DNA of 64,000 nt, from positions 3,720,001 to 3,784,000 of the forward strand of contig NC_081331.1 in the NCBI RefSeq assembly GCF_022539665.2. The letters run 5' to 3'. Origin of the DNA: Daphnia carinata. Taxonomy: Eukaryota. How positions within the stretch are numbered: position 1 is the stretch's first letter; every line of letters begins with the position of its first letter. A program made the position numbers and the translations under genes. Below, piece by piece: positions 63,402-64,000 of the stretch. Under the pieces are notes generated by a model, which saw only the letters and a list, made by a program, of their open reading frames with translations, made no database searches and was not told the origin of the DNA.

Positions 63402-64000
63402 ACGGGAAACGTGTTGTGTTTGTAAGCGCAGAGGCGGAAAGATATGGTAATAATATAGCCATAGTCGAAGCTCAATTGAATGGGCAAATGCGGAGTGTGA
63501 TTAAGGCCACAATTGACTTTGGCGTTCATTACCTTTTGTACCTGAGCAAGTTCTTCTTCTTCTCAATTGTTTTAATGTTGTCGATTTTCAGGGTTGTTGG
63601 CATCTCGTGATTACAAGCCACAAAATCCACATATTCACGGTTAGTTTAGTGGGCGTTGATGTATACTCATCAAGACTTTCAGGGTAGTTTTATCCCAAAA
63701 GAGAAAAAGGAAAATCAATCATTGTACAATAAGTTCTGAAGTTTTTTCTTTTCTTTTTCGAGTTTCAAATGATGAAAACATTGGATAATGGCTTTATATC
63801 CGTTTCATTCTTTCTTTCTTATTGTGTTTGGCCATTTATCAACTATTGCACACAACAACCTTCTTTCGCCCCCCCGAACAAAAAAAGAAACGGACGTCAA
63901 ACAGTTTTGACTGGACATTACAACAAAAAAAAAAAAACGCGCGTGCTGCACCTTTGGAATACTCTCTAACCCGGATTTGTTTTTTTATTTCTTCATAATA

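Noticed and set aside
1..64000. CRISPR arrays, tRNA/rRNA genes, autonomous transposons, prokaryotic operons
   Set aside because: No regularly spaced repeats, cloverleaf or rRNA signatures, or RT/transposase motifs were seen; the sequence is clearly eukaryotic.

Overview
Eukaryotic, probably arthropod DNA. A branchiopod crustacean such as Daphnia is plausible from the protein, the short intron and the A/T-tract- and microsatellite-rich intergenic DNA, but that is inference. Only one protein-coding gene is supported: a two-exon, minus-strand Snail-family C2H2 repressor most similar to escargot (join 57386-57269, 57123-55835; 468 aa). It has an N-terminal SNAG motif, an NT box, a CtBP-type motif and five zinc fingers. 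Upstream lies a correctly spaced Inr-MTE-DPE core promoter (TSS ~57727). The predicted ~1.7 kb 3' UTR carries miR-71, miR-124 and miR-279 seed matches. The remaining ~54 kb downstream and ~6 kb upstream form a gene desert. It contains dense, often inverted-paired clusters of CAGGT[A/G/T] sites, Su(H)/Sox/E-box and Dorsal/Twist-like site combinations, two diverged copies of a short interspersed repeat, and many microsatellites. Almost all other ORFs in the track look spurious. I found no convincing wholly new system; the best leads are cis-regulatory. All motif counts were made by eye and need computational confirmation.
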